A DNA stretch of 64,000 bases. Origin: Candidatus Krumholzibacteriia bacterium (GTDB lineage: Bacteria; Krumholzibacteriota; Krumholzibacteriia; Krumholzibacteriales; Krumholzibacteriaceae). Below the pieces are notes generated by a model. It did no database searches and was not told the origin of the DNA. It worked only from the letters and a program-made list of their open reading frames with translations. The DNA is taken from assembly GCA_963836185.1 (NCBI GenBank), contig CAWIIQ010000002.1:64001-128000 (forward strand), written 5' to 3'. Position numbers and translations under genes: made by a program. Shown in pieces: positions 39,672 through 50,014 of this stretch (positions within the stretch are counted from its first letter, which is position 1; every line of letters starts with the position of its first letter).

Positions 39672-39794
39672 AAAAAAAAGGCGGGGACCGTGCCTGAAAA
39701 AAGGGGTGGGGTTCTCGTCACGTTGTCTGTCGAAGTTGCTTCGCAGTCCAGACGAGAACCCCGGAGGGGTGTTCCCCGAACAATTGGGTCTCGC
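39672..39794 (-). ncRNA. Candidate ~120-nt small RNA: one long hairpin with a C-rich central bubble
   Basis: Promoter directly upstream. 5' GCGAGACC pairs with 3' GGTCCCCGC; 12-bp perfect inner stem (39708-39719 / 39751-39762); U8 tract at the 3' end. Confidence 0.6.
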
Positions 39795-39800
39795 ATCTAC

Positions 39801-39828
39801 AAGATAACAAAGAATCGTTATAAGTCAA
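39801..39828 (-). promoter_or_regulatory. Promoter of the candidate sRNA
   Basis: TTGACT (39828-39823), 16 nt, extended -10 TG-T-TATCTT (hexamer 39806-39801). Confidence 0.65.
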
Positions 39829-39891
39829 GAATTATTATGTGACAAAATCTGTCAGTTATTCCAGTTATCCTCGTATCAGCTATATATTCAG

Positions 39892-41493
39892 TTAGATACC
39901 AACTCCAACAGGTTCTCCGGCAGTGATAGTGATCATCGCTTCCGATACCTGCTCATGGAGCTCATGGGAAATTTCGAGTTTTTCCGCCCTTTCGAGGACC
40001 GCGACCGCTTCCCTGCTGTCTCCCATTTCTGAATCGAGGACTTTCGCAAGGGCTATCGATGACTTGGCGGTCACCGAGGGAACATTGTTGCACGTGATGA
40101 TGAACCTGTGGATGTCTACCGCCTCGGGAAAATGACCCTGCGACGAGAGCCATTTCGCCGACCTGAGCAGCAGCTGGGGATTGACGTCGACCGACGCGGG
40201 GGACCTGTCCTCGATTATCTCCAGCGCCAGTCTCGCCGCTTCCTCGTTACGGGATTTGAGCAGCAGGTTCTTCAGCACCTTCTCGTTTATCTCGCAGCAC
40301 TCGTCGCTCATCCCATGTTCCCTGTAGAGGACCGCGATGTCCTGCTGAAGTCCGAGGTCCTGCGGACGCTCGCTGACAAGAGTGCCGAAGAGAAGTCTGG
40401 CCCGCTCGATGTTGCCCGAGGAAAGGAGCTCGCATGCCTCGTCGAATCTCGGATCCTTGAGCACCCCGTTGTCGACCCTCGCCTTCTGGACCGATGGATC
40501 GATCCATTTCGCTTCGACTCCCGTCGCCTTGAATACGAGCGCCGTGACAACTCCTCCCATGTATCCGGCAATGTGCGCTACGTATGCCACTCCGGAACCA
40601 CCCATGAAATCGGAAAGTTCTTTGAACGCGACCTGTTGTATGAACCAGAATGGCAGGAATACGAACGCGGGCAGGTAGAAGGTTCCCCAGAACGGCCGGA
40701 ATAAGAGAAGGAAAAAGTAGAAGAACTTTATCTTTGTCATGAAATGCCTGACCGTGAACGCGCCCATCGCCGCGGCGATCGCTCCCGACGCGCCGATCAT
40801 CGGAACTGTCGATCCTGAATCGGATAGGCAGTGCGCCAGGCCGGCGAAGATCCCTCCGAGGAGGTAGAATCCCAGGAATGTCTTTCTGCCCCAGGTGTCC
40901 TCCAGAAGACATCCGACTACCCACAGAAAGAGCATATTTCCGAGGAGGTGCCAGATGTCGCCGTGCAGGAACATATGCGTGATAAATGTGTGGACCCTTC
41001 CCATCCTGCTCGGAACGAGGCCGAGTGCGTAGTTGACATGGCTGTCCAGGACCTTTGCCTCTCTTTCCTTGAGTCTCTTCCAGTCGGTAAAATCGCTCGC
41101 TTCCTGGCTGAATTCCGGGTAGTACGATTCGCCCCTCTCGGTAAGGTCCAGTCCGAACGCTTCGATATCTTTGAACGCGTCGTAAGATCCGCCCATTGCC
41201 GCCATCAGGCCGATCTCGAGATCGTAGTAGTCTTCGGCGTACTCCATTCTCTCGATCCCGCTCGCCTCTTCGGGGCTGATGTACCCGGGCAGGCCGCTTT
41301 CGCCGTTCTTTTCCATGACGTACAGGCGTACCTGCTGGGTATAAAGGTCCCGGTGGACCCGGAACATATCTTCCCCGGTCTGCCCCGACATCGAGGTCGC
41401 GATGATATGCACTACTACGCATGCAGCGATAAGTCCGATCGTGATTTTAGGCTTGAGTGCCAGATCGGCCTTGGTTCCTATGGGGATGATCAT
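39892..41493 (-). CDS. Rhomboid intramembrane serine protease with a large loop insertion and C-terminal TPR-like region
   Basis: MIIPIG start, HMFLHG..WHLLGNM, GASGAI, AHIAG. Confidence 0.9.
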   Translation of the reverse strand: MIIPIGTKADLALKPKITIGLIAACVVVHIIATSMSGQTGEDMFRVHRDLYTQQVRLYVMEKNGESGLPGYISPEEASGIERMEYAEDYYDLEIGLMAAMGGSYDAFKDIEAFGLDLTERGESYYPEFSQEASDFTDWKRLKEREAKVLDSHVNYALGLVPSRMGRVHTFITHMFLHGDIWHLLGNMLFLWVVGCLLEDTWGRKTFLGFYLLGGIFAGLAHCLSDSGSTVPMIGASGAIAAAMGAFTVRHFMTKIKFFYFFLLLFRPFWGTFYLPAFVFLPFWFIQQVAFKELSDFMGGSGVAYVAHIAGYMGGVVTALVFKATGVEAKWIDPSVQKARVDNGVLKDPRFDEACELLSSGNIERARLLFGTLVSERPQDLGLQQDIAVLYREHGMSDECCEINEKVLKNLLLKSRNEEAARLALEIIEDRSPASVDVNPQLLLRSAKWLSSQGHFPEAVDIHRFIITCNNVPSVTAKSSIALAKVLDSEMGDSREAVAVLERAEKLEISHELHEQVSEAMITITAGEPVGVGI

Positions 41494-41708
41494 GAGCGGA
41501 CCTTTCTTCCAGTCGCCTTTCCTCGCGGAAGGTGGACGTTGCAATATGAGACTGCCCGTAGGGCAGCCGGAAATATCACTGCCGGGCGTGCTGTATAACC
41601 GCTTGTAATCAAATATCTTGTTTAGCTGTTCCCGTCCCGGCCGACCGTTTCGTGAAGTAATCTGCAAGAAGGATTCCAGACCCGTGCCGGAAGGTGGAAG
41701 AGGGGCCT

Positions 41709-42344
41709 CTAGCGGGAGCCGGCCGCCTTGTGGGCCATCGCGAGGGGCACGGGAATGCGGTACTTCGGTGAGCAGGCGAGGACTGTCAGTATCGCAGTGT
41801 GAAGGTCTATCATGTGCCCCGGTGAGACGTAAACGGGCCTTACTCCCGTTCTTGTCCTGAGCACGGATCCTATCACCCGGCCGGACCGGTCCTCGACCGT
41901 GGAACTGTCCCCACGCTCCGGCCCCGGCTCATCGTGCCTGCCGAAGAGGTGCGACTTGGCGCAGCCGATCGATGGTATGCCGAGGTCGATGCCGAGATGG
42001 CTTGCCATGCCCAGGCCCCTCGGATGTGCCGTGCCGTGACTGTCGCAGAGGATCAGGCCGGGGACCGTACGAAGCTCTTTCCACGCTTCCAGTATCGGAG
42101 GTATCTCACGGAACGAGAGCAGGCCGGGGATGTAGGGGAAAGATGTCGGTGAATCCCGTACGACAGTCTCGACCGGTTCGAGGCCGGGGAAGGTGACGAC
42201 GACCAGCGCGGCCCGCGAGGTCTCGCGCCGGGGGAAATGCACGTCGGCCGCTGCGATCGTGGCGACCCTACGTCCGTCCCATTTCGTGCTGACCATCCCG
42301 CTGAGGTTTTTCTGGAGCTCTATTGCCTCGGAAAGGGTAACCAT
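41709..42344 (-). CDS. nfi: Endonuclease V
   Basis: FPYIPGLLSFRE, DSHGTAHPRGLGMASH, GCAKS, PVYVSPGH. Confidence 0.95.
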   Translation of the reverse strand: MVTLSEAIELQKNLSGMVSTKWDGRRVATIAAADVHFPRRETSRAALVVVTFPGLEPVETVVRDSPTSFPYIPGLLSFREIPPILEAWKELRTVPGLILCDSHGTAHPRGLGMASHLGIDLGIPSIGCAKSHLFGRHDEPGPERGDSSTVEDRSGRVIGSVLRTRTGVRPVYVSPGHMIDLHTAILTVLACSPKYRIPVPLAMAHKAAGSR

Positions 42345-42362
42345 TGCCTGACCTGCGACGCG

Positions 42363-43475
42363 TCAGTGGCTCGGTTCATCGTCTGCGACCAATAACGCGA
42401 GCTTGAAAATCAAACCATCTTTATCGATATGATTTTCACAATTAGTGAAAATTATAAAATGAATATCGCTGTCCGGGAAGTACCAGTGCATCGACCAATA
42501 GCCTGGACCACCACCCGCATGCGCGATGGTCCGATAACCATTGAATACGCGAGGCTGAACACCATATCCATACCCGGTATCTTCACCATTTAAAAGATGA
42601 TAACCGGTTCGAGCTTTCTCCAGGTTCTCTCTGGTCACGATCTTATAAGTATTAAGTGCCTGATAATATCTGTTGAAGTCGCCAACGGTGCTGACTAGCG
42701 CACCTGCTGAATATAAGACTGAAGGACTTACATATTCCGCGTTTTCAAAACCCTCCGGTCCTTTCATATATCCCTTTGATCTCTTCGTGATGATCCTGTT
42801 ATAGTCGTTGTAGTATGTATTTTCCATTTCAGCAGGCTCAAAAATGGATTTCTCCAGATACTCCTGATATGACATCCCTGATGCTTTTTCAATGATGTAC
42901 CCTAGTAAATAATAACCGGAATTGCTATATCGGTATTCTGTCCCAGGCTCGAAATCCAATTCCTCATCGATAAATAGATCGATAAATTCAGAGGGGGTAT
43001 GGTCCCTTCTCCAGACTGACTGGTCAAAATCCTCTGATGACAGGTAATCAGGAATTCCCGATGTGTGTGTCAGGAGATGTTCGATTGTTATTGTATTTCC
43101 ACCTGTCGGATAGTCAGGAATGAACCTCGTTATCGGGTCCTGCAGAGATACTTTCCCTTGTTCGGTCAAAAGCAAAACGGCTGTTGCTGTAAATTGTTTT
43201 GTATTTGATGCTATCTCAAATACATAGTCAGGTGTAAGGGGAACGCCCAGTTCCATGTCTGCCATTCCAAATGCTTTTTCATATATGATCTCACCTCTTC
43301 GCGATATTAAAACAGAACAGCCAGGCTCGTCTGATTTGAATTCTTTTGATAGAGCAGTATTGATCTCATCGATTACCGCTTTTTCATCAATCGAGAATGG
43401 GCTGGCGCCTGAAAGCATAAAGAGCGTCAGGCAGATCAACACGAGGAAACGCGATCTTATCCTGCAATGTACCAA
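42363..43475 (-). CDS. Serine hydrolase, beta-lactamase/PBP-like (S12); AT-rich
   Basis: SNTK (SxxK), LLTHTSG, YSNSGY (YxN), HAGG. Confidence 0.9.
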   Translation of the reverse strand: MVHCRIRSRFLVLICLTLFMLSGASPFSIDEKAVIDEINTALSKEFKSDEPGCSVLISRRGEIIYEKAFGMADMELGVPLTPDYVFEIASNTKQFTATAVLLLTEQGKVSLQDPITRFIPDYPTGGNTITIEHLLTHTSGIPDYLSSEDFDQSVWRRDHTPSEFIDLFIDEELDFEPGTEYRYSNSGYYLLGYIIEKASGMSYQEYLEKSIFEPAEMENTYYNDYNRIITKRSKGYMKGPEGFENAEYVSPSVLYSAGALVSTVGDFNRYYQALNTYKIVTRENLEKARTGYHLLNGEDTGYGYGVQPRVFNGYRTIAHAGGGPGYWSMHWYFPDSDIHFIIFTNCENHIDKDGLIFKLALLVADDEPSH

Positions 43476-43495
43476 TGGATTTCACTTTCTGAATA

Positions 43496-44893
43496 TCAGC
43501 TTATCTCCACTTCCTCGCCCGGCTCGGGCAGGTGCGCCGGGTAACCCTCCGCGATAAGGGTGTTGAAGAGCTCGCGGGACTGCTCTTCCTCACCGTGCAC
43601 GAGGAATATCCCTTTGACAGTGTCCTTAAGGGGTTTTACGTACTCGAGCAGATCGTTGCGGTCGGCGTGAGCACTGAAGGCGTTCATGATCTCTACCTCG
43701 GCCTTCAGGCCGTATTCCTCGCCGAAGATCTTTACGACGGGCTGTCTTTCGGCGATCTTGCGGCCCAGGGTGTTTCTGGCCATGTAGCCTACGATGAGAA
43801 TGGTGTTTCTCGGATCGCCGATATTGTTCTTGAGGTGATGGAGGATCCTGCCGGCTTCGCACATACCCGACGCGGAGATGATTATCATCGGCCTGTCATC
43901 GCTGTTCAGTTCCTTGGACCGCTCAACATTCTTGACGTACTCGAAGTTGAGCGTTCCCAGCGGATCCTCGCCCGTGTTGAAAGACTTGTACATCTCTTCG
44001 TCATATACCTGCGGATGGTGTGAGAAGATCTCGGTTATCTTCGTGGCGAGCGGGCTGTCGATTATCACGGGGATATCGGGGAGCCTGCCTTCGAGACGCA
44101 GCTGGTTGAGGAAGTAGACGATCTCCTGCGTCCTCTCGAGAGCGAAGGACGGAATGATTATCTTGCCGCCCCTCTTGACCGTCCGGGAGACGCAGTCGGC
44201 CAGCTTTTCCTTGCCTGTCTCGGCAGGATCGTGTACCCGTCCTCCGTAAGTGCTCTCGAGGATGAGCCAGTCTATCTCGGGAGGCTGTTCAGGGTCGTTG
44301 AGTATCGGGATATCCTTCCGTCCGAGATCGACGGCATAAGCCAGCTTGACCTTGTTGTCATCATCCCCGATCTCGATAAGGGGAGTTGCAGATCCGAGTA
44401 CGTGACCGGCATCGTAAAAGGTCACATCGATATCATCTGTGACGTTGACCCTCTGGTTGTAGGGATGGCCCGTGAAAAATTCCAGGGATTCCTGGGCCTC
44501 TTCCTTCGTATAGATAGGCTTTACGGAAGGGAGGCCTTTCCTTTTGTGAAGCTTGCTTACATATTTGGCGTCTGATTCCTGGATGTGCCCGCTGTCGGGG
44601 AGCATGGCAGAGCAGAGATCCCTCGTTGGATCCGTAGTGACGATCCTCCCTCCGAAGTCCTGCTTTACTAGGTTGGGGATGTTGCCGCTGTGATCGATAT
44701 GAGCGTGGGAAAGGATGCATGCGTCGAGTTCGCCCGGCACGAAGTCGAACGTTGAGTTTTTCTCGAAGAAATCCTGCCGGCGTCCCTGGAACAGTCCGCA
44801 ATCGATGATGACCTTCGAGTTTTCCGTTGTGATGAGGTGATTCGACCCGGTTACTTCCCTGACCGCTCCCAGAAACTTCAGCTTGATTCCCAT
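43496..44893 (-). CDS. MBL-fold beta-CASP ribonuclease-like protein
   Basis: GAVREVTGS, DCGLFQG, SHAHIDHSG, AGHVLGS, ESTYG, FSAHAD, VHGE. Confidence 0.93.
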   Translation of the reverse strand: MGIKLKFLGAVREVTGSNHLITTENSKVIIDCGLFQGRRQDFFEKNSTFDFVPGELDACILSHAHIDHSGNIPNLVKQDFGGRIVTTDPTRDLCSAMLPDSGHIQESDAKYVSKLHKRKGLPSVKPIYTKEEAQESLEFFTGHPYNQRVNVTDDIDVTFYDAGHVLGSATPLIEIGDDDNKVKLAYAVDLGRKDIPILNDPEQPPEIDWLILESTYGGRVHDPAETGKEKLADCVSRTVKRGGKIIIPSFALERTQEIVYFLNQLRLEGRLPDIPVIIDSPLATKITEIFSHHPQVYDEEMYKSFNTGEDPLGTLNFEYVKNVERSKELNSDDRPMIIISASGMCEAGRILHHLKNNIGDPRNTILIVGYMARNTLGRKIAERQPVVKIFGEEYGLKAEVEIMNAFSAHADRNDLLEYVKPLKDTVKGIFLVHGEEEQSRELFNTLIAEGYPAHLPEPGEEVEIS

Positions 44894-44941
44894 TGTTCTC
44901 CCTTCAACGACCTTCTATCAGCGTTTGATGCCGGTTGTTGA

Positions 44942-46801
44942 CTAAATGTACGGCTCAAGTTCGATCGTTGCACTCTTTTTCTCGTTGTCTCTCCTGAACT
45001 CGACCTCGACCTTTTCTCCACTTTCACCATGGAAGAGCGAAAGGATGCGGTCGATGTTCTCATCCGTGGCCACGGCGCCGCCTACAGTTTCGAGGATATC
45101 TCCGGGCCGAATGTCGGCCCTGTCGGCCGGTGAGTCCGGTATCACCAGCCTCACGATGAGAGCGCCTTTGTCATCAGCGGAGATCTGCATACCTGAACGG
45201 TCCGGCCAGAATGGATCGCCGGAGGAATCGTTCGGCAGCAGGACGGCAAGCTGGTTCCCATAGTCGAGCCAGGCAGTGAATCTTTCAAGGATGTCGTTTC
45301 CTATCACCCCGGCGATCCCCTCGAAAGCGCCGATTCCCTTGCCGCCGAGAGGCACGGTGAATACCGGACCAGAGAGCTCCGACTCCCCGATCTTTATCGA
45401 TTTGAACCGCGCGACTGCTGCACGGTCCTCGCCTCCCGCTCCTGCCACTACGATATCGACTGTCTTCCTGTCATCCAGAAGGCCGTTAGCGTCTACGAAC
45501 GGTTTCTGCAGGACGGATGAATTCGCGCCTGTGTCTATCAGGAACGTACCCTCGTGCTGCCCGTCCAGAATGGCCGCGGCTGAGAATATCTTGTGCATGA
45601 GGGGAGCCTGTATCGTGTCACCACCTTCGATGGAAGGTTGTGAGCCGGGCCTGAAAAATGTGATAAGTCTTTTTTCGTAGTCGATCCTCGTTACGAATCT
45701 GCTCAGGAAATCGTATCCGAGTACTCCGCCCGCCTCGATGCCCGAGTAGCTTCCTGTCAGGGCGGATATCGGGTAGATGATCGCGGTCTGTTCCTCGAAC
45801 TCGATGCCGCCGGTACTGAATCCAGGAAGCCGCGTCATGCTGAAATCGGTCATCCCGCCGGCTCCGGCGCCGGGAATCTGCCCGTCGGACTCGAAGCCCA
45901 TCGCTTCGGCCAGATCCTCATCGATCATCGTCATTCCAGCGCCTGAATCGAGAATGAAAAGCCGCTCAGGTCCGCCATCCTTTATCCGTACAGGCAGGTA
46001 TATGTGCCTGTTTACGTAGAAGAACTCGATCGTCGCTGAGTCGCCTTCCGAGACGAACCTGAAATCGTCCGCGAGGTCGCCGGGAGGGAGGAAGACAGCG
46101 GGGTCGATCACCGTGTTGATCTCCACGTCGAGCGTTCTGACCTCGAGCGCCTGGCCGATAGCCTTCTGTGAAGTCACGCTTCTGAACGGTATCATTATCC
46201 CGCTGCTCTCGCGGTAATCATGGAACCTCTGCTCGACTGTGCCGGTCATCGATTCGATCTCGATCATCATGATGAGGTATGAAGAGGGATCGATGAAGAT
46301 CCTGCAGGGGTAACCTTCTTCCGGGGTGAGAGCCAGCACATGGTATTCAGACGAATCGACGGCGGCAGTTCCCGCATATTCGAGATCGAATCCATCGATG
46401 CGCGATACATAACCGAAGCTTTCAAGAAGACAGGTCGTGATCTGGTTCTTTCGCGAATCCTCATCGCGCCTTATCTGAAGCATGCCGTTGGGTCCGACCA
46501 TCCAGCTCCGCTCACCGTCGAATCCCTGTCTGATCGTAAATAGCCCGAGCTTCGCTTCCGTCAGGGAGAGGCACGGCATCAGTATCACCGACCTGATACT
46601 GCCCTTCATGCCGGTAGATATCATCTCTACCTCTCCGGTCGATACGACAGAGCGGATCCCGTCAAGCGCATCCCGTCCCCCCAGAGCTTCAACGTGTCTC
46701 TCCAGGAGGACATCCAGGGTGATCTCTTCGGTTCCGGCAGGCGATGCCAGGACTGCCGCCAGAAGGGCGATCGTCACTGAAAGACAGGTGGTTCTACCCA
46801 T
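44942..46801 (-). CDS. Secreted aspartyl protease (two retropepsin-like domains) with C-terminal PDZ
   Basis: Signal peptide, ILDSGA, LIDTGA, GVLGYDFL/GVIGNDIL, SPADRADIRPGD. Confidence 0.88.
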   Translation of the reverse strand: MGRTTCLSVTIALLAAVLASPAGTEEITLDVLLERHVEALGGRDALDGIRSVVSTGEVEMISTGMKGSIRSVILMPCLSLTEAKLGLFTIRQGFDGERSWMVGPNGMLQIRRDEDSRKNQITTCLLESFGYVSRIDGFDLEYAGTAAVDSSEYHVLALTPEEGYPCRIFIDPSSYLIMMIEIESMTGTVEQRFHDYRESSGIMIPFRSVTSQKAIGQALEVRTLDVEINTVIDPAVFLPPGDLADDFRFVSEGDSATIEFFYVNRHIYLPVRIKDGGPERLFILDSGAGMTMIDEDLAEAMGFESDGQIPGAGAGGMTDFSMTRLPGFSTGGIEFEEQTAIIYPISALTGSYSGIEAGGVLGYDFLSRFVTRIDYEKRLITFFRPGSQPSIEGGDTIQAPLMHKIFSAAAILDGQHEGTFLIDTGANSSVLQKPFVDANGLLDDRKTVDIVVAGAGGEDRAAVARFKSIKIGESELSGPVFTVPLGGKGIGAFEGIAGVIGNDILERFTAWLDYGNQLAVLLPNDSSGDPFWPDRSGMQISADDKGALIVRLVIPDSPADRADIRPGDILETVGGAVATDENIDRILSLFHGESGEKVEVEFRRDNEKKSATIELEPYI

Positions 46802-47092
46802 TTTTTCTCCCGCCGGAAGAGGCCTGTTCACTTCGGAGACTGTCTCTGCGCGGCATGAACTGCCAGCCTGAGGCGATCATACCGCTTTTCGGCGATGTTA
46901 TCACAGCGTGTGGCGGTCCGAGAACCGGTTTTGAATGAAAACCCCTATTTCTCGAAACCGGCTCGCCGGGGGAATAATCATTGCAGATTACAAGGGTGGA
47001 CCTTAAAGGACACCTTTGGACAGATCAAAACAAGGTTCTTCCTGAAGCGCTTGAAGGCGAGGCCGGGAATGGGGCCCCGGTCCTCGCCGCGC

Positions 47093-48436
47093 TCAGGTTC
47101 CACTGACAGTCATCGAATCGATGCGCAGCGTGGGGCAGTTGATAGACCCACGCCACTCCAGATCGCTTCCGACCATCGCTATTCCCGAGAGCATCTGAGC
47201 GAATGTGCCTGTGACAGTGAACTCGCTGACCGGCTCGGCGAGTCTCCCTCCGCGGATCCAGATACCCTGGGCTCCCTGCGAGAAATCTCCCGTGCTCCAG
47301 TTTGCGCCGGGGCCCGACATGGATGTGAGGTAGAGTCCGTTGTCGACTCCGGCGATTATCTCTTCGGGCGACTGCTCACCCGCTTTCATGTAAAGATTAG
47401 AAGGTCCGCCTGCGTTTCCCGTTGTCTTCAGCCCGAGCTTCCTTGCCTGGTAACTGCTGAGGAGATAGTTCTCGAGCCTTCCGGCATCGATGATCGTCTT
47501 GGTGCGTGATCTGACTCCCTCTCCGTCGAAAGGCCTGCTTCCGGGCCTGCCTTTTATGAGGGGATCGTCGATGACTGAAACGAGGGGTGAGCCGATTTCC
47601 TTTCCCAGCATATCGACCAGAAATGACGATTTACGGTATATGCTCGATCCGCCGGCCGCGCTCGCGAGGTACGAGAGAAGCTGCCTGGCTGTGACGTCAT
47701 CGAATACTACCGGCACTTCGCAGGATCTCGGTTTGACGGCGCCGAGTTTTCTCAGTGTCCGCTCTACCGCCCTGGAAGCCACTTTCTCGACCGGATCGAG
47801 ACCGGAGAACGAGATCGACGTCGAGTACCACCACGAGGACTGCTTCTTGCCCTTGTTCTCCCCTGAGGATGGATGGTCCTCGGCGGCGCACGAAACACTT
47901 ATCGAGCTCGAGGTCCTGTCGAAGGACTCGCAGAATCCCAGTGAGTTCGCGAGGACGCTCGTAAGTGTGACAGTCGAGCAGGAGGCGCCGTCGCTGATTA
48001 TCCTGTCATCCATTTCGGCCGTAGCCCGCTCGAGCCTCATCGCCATGTCTATCTTTTCCGCGGCTGTGACCGTGGATGTCTTCTCGTCGAATGATCCAAG
48101 GTCCCCTTCGGCGGCGCCGAGCTCTTCCTTGTCGGGCAGGCCGGCGTATTCGTCATGGTCCATGATCCGGGCAAGCTCGACACCCTCGGCGATCAGCTGC
48201 ATGATACTGTCTTCGGAGATATCGGTAGATGTGATGACCGCTTTTCTTCCTCCGATGTAGATATCGATAGCTATCCTTCGAGAACCGGATTCGATCAGGT
48301 TCTCTATGGAGCTGTTGCGTACCGTCACAGAGAACTCGGTGTCCCGGAGCAGGGATACCTCGGCCGAGTCCGCGCCCCGCGAGAGGGCTGTCTCGACCGT
48401 CTTTGCCGCAAGATCCTTGAGCTGTTCTTTATCCAT
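47093..48436 (-). CDS. pmbA: PmbA/TldE
   Basis: SRPFDGEG, TTGNA, TGDFS. ATG 48436 overlaps the tldD stop. Confidence 0.9.
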   Translation of the reverse strand: MDKEQLKDLAAKTVETALSRGADSAEVSLLRDTEFSVTVRNSSIENLIESGSRRIAIDIYIGGRKAVITSTDISEDSIMQLIAEGVELARIMDHDEYAGLPDKEELGAAEGDLGSFDEKTSTVTAAEKIDMAMRLERATAEMDDRIISDGASCSTVTLTSVLANSLGFCESFDRTSSSISVSCAAEDHPSSGENKGKKQSSWWYSTSISFSGLDPVEKVASRAVERTLRKLGAVKPRSCEVPVVFDDVTARQLLSYLASAAGGSSIYRKSSFLVDMLGKEIGSPLVSVIDDPLIKGRPGSRPFDGEGVRSRTKTIIDAGRLENYLLSSYQARKLGLKTTGNAGGPSNLYMKAGEQSPEEIIAGVDNGLYLTSMSGPGANWSTGDFSQGAQGIWIRGGRLAEPVSEFTVTGTFAQMLSGIAMVGSDLEWRGSINCPTLRIDSMTVSGT

Positions 48437-49863
48437 CACTGGAGCTCGCTTCCTCCCACGGTGATCTCCGATATCTTTATAGTCGGAAGGCCGACGCCGA
48501 CAGGGGCCTGCTGGCCCTTTCCGCAGGTCCATCGTCCGTCGCTGAACGAAAAATCGCTGCCTGTCATCGTTACCCGGGTCAGGACATCGGGTCCGTTCCC
48601 TATGAGCGTCAGGTTCTTGACGGGCGCTGTAATACGGCCGTCTTCGACGAGATATGCCTCGATCGGCACGAAAACAAAATCGCCGTTGGAGATATCGACC
48701 TGTCCTCCCCTGAATGATTTGCAGAAGACGCCCTTTTTCGTTGATTTGAAGATCTCTTCCGGATCGGATTCTCCCGCTGCGAGATAGGTGACAGTCATCC
48801 TCGGCAGTGGAGGGCTCTTGTACGATTCGCGTCTGCCGTTACCGGTAGGCTTGACCCCGAAATGATCCGCGCTTATACGGTCATGCATGAATCCTTTGAG
48901 GATACCCTTCTCTATCAGTACGGTAGGTGTCGGGATCGTCCCTTCATCGTCGAAGTTTATCGATCCGCGGTCGTTCATGATCGTTCCATCGTCGATCACG
49001 GTGACGAGGTCGCTTGCGACCCTGTCGCCGACACGGTCGGTATATGTCGATGTCCTTTTTCTTATAAAATCCGCTTCAAGGGGGTGCCCGACCGATTCGT
49101 GCAGGAGGACGCCTGATTCCGCCGGAGCGAGGATGAGTTCCATCGGGCCGGCCGGAGCGTCGATGGCTTCGAGAAGGAGAACAGCCTGTCTTGCCGCTTC
49201 CTCGCCGTGCTCCGCCGGTGTCATCCCCGTGGTGAAATAACTGCTTCCCAGCCTGCCGCCGCCGCTCGATATCCCTATCTGCCTGTTCCCTTTTGATTCC
49301 GCGACTACGCTTACTGAGATCCTGATCATCGGTCGGGTATCCCTCAGCAGCCTGCCCTCAGAAGTGGCTATCTGAATGGTGCTGAGGCTGTCGGCAAGCG
49401 ACACTGTCACCTTGATCACGCGCGGGTCGTGTTTTCTTGCTGCCTCTTCCGCTTCTTCTATCCAGGCTATCTTCTTCTCGAGCGGTATGCCGGTGACCGG
49501 GTCCTCGACAGGATACCTGTTCGTGAAGGGAACCTCGCTGATCGCGACCGGAGGGGGAGAGGCTCCCGTATCGGCGATCGCCGCGGCGGTCAATGCGGCC
49601 TGTTTCATCTTCTCGAAGGAAAGGTCCTCGGTGTAGGCGTATCCTGTCCCTTCACCCTTTACTGCCCGTATTCCCGCGCCATGGGAGATCCACTTGATCC
49701 CCTCCTTGACGATTCCTTCCTCCATGGTGAGCTGGTTCTCGACAGCATGCTCGAAAAAGATATCGCAGTACAGCGCTCCCCTGGACAGGGCGGCCCCCAT
49801 GACCCTTATCATCTTCTCGTCGGGAATCCCGAAATAGTCGGTGTAGGAAAGCACCGCGAGCAC
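48436..49863 (-). CDS. tldD: TldD metalloprotease
   Basis: HESVGHPLEAD, FDDEG, TGNGRRES, PRMT, CGKGQ..PV..G.PT. Confidence 0.93.
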   Translation of the reverse strand: MLAVLSYTDYFGIPDEKMIRVMGAALSRGALYCDIFFEHAVENQLTMEEGIVKEGIKWISHGAGIRAVKGEGTGYAYTEDLSFEKMKQAALTAAAIADTGASPPPVAISEVPFTNRYPVEDPVTGIPLEKKIAWIEEAEEAARKHDPRVIKVTVSLADSLSTIQIATSEGRLLRDTRPMIRISVSVVAESKGNRQIGISSGGGRLGSSYFTTGMTPAEHGEEAARQAVLLLEAIDAPAGPMELILAPAESGVLLHESVGHPLEADFIRKRTSTYTDRVGDRVASDLVTVIDDGTIMNDRGSINFDDEGTIPTPTVLIEKGILKGFMHDRISADHFGVKPTGNGRRESYKSPPLPRMTVTYLAAGESDPEEIFKSTKKGVFCKSFRGGQVDISNGDFVFVPIEAYLVEDGRITAPVKNLTLIGNGPDVLTRVTMTGSDFSFSDGRWTCGKGQQAPVGVGLPTIKISEITVGGSELQ

Positions 49864-49950
49864 CTCCGAATGCCGCGCGAAAGACTTAGTATTCAGTTTT
49901 ATCCTCCGGGAATGCCCTTGACCGGCGAGACAGCAACGGACAGGGCGGCG

Positions 49951-49979
49951 TTGCCCCCGGAAATAATAGGTGGTATACT
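49951..49979 (+). promoter_or_regulatory. Promoter of the M28 gene
   Basis: TTGCCC, 17 nt, TG-G-TATACT. Implies a start downstream of the ORF-track start. Confidence 0.55.
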
Positions 49980-50014
49980 ATAATGAAAGGCCCCATTTGG
50001 AAAGGAATTTCCGG

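Noticed and set aside
39672-39794. tRNA-Sec or SRP RNA identity for the structured RNA next to the selenoprotein
   Set aside because: No UCA anticodon or cloverleaf, and no SRP GGAA tetraloop with CAGG/AGCA motif on either strand.
46830-47092. Possible riboswitch in the pmbA-protease spacer; 12-mer CCTTTAAGGTCC shared with 13678-13689
   Set aside because: Hairpins are present but match no riboswitch consensus I recognise; one 12-mer match in 64 kb is expected by chance.
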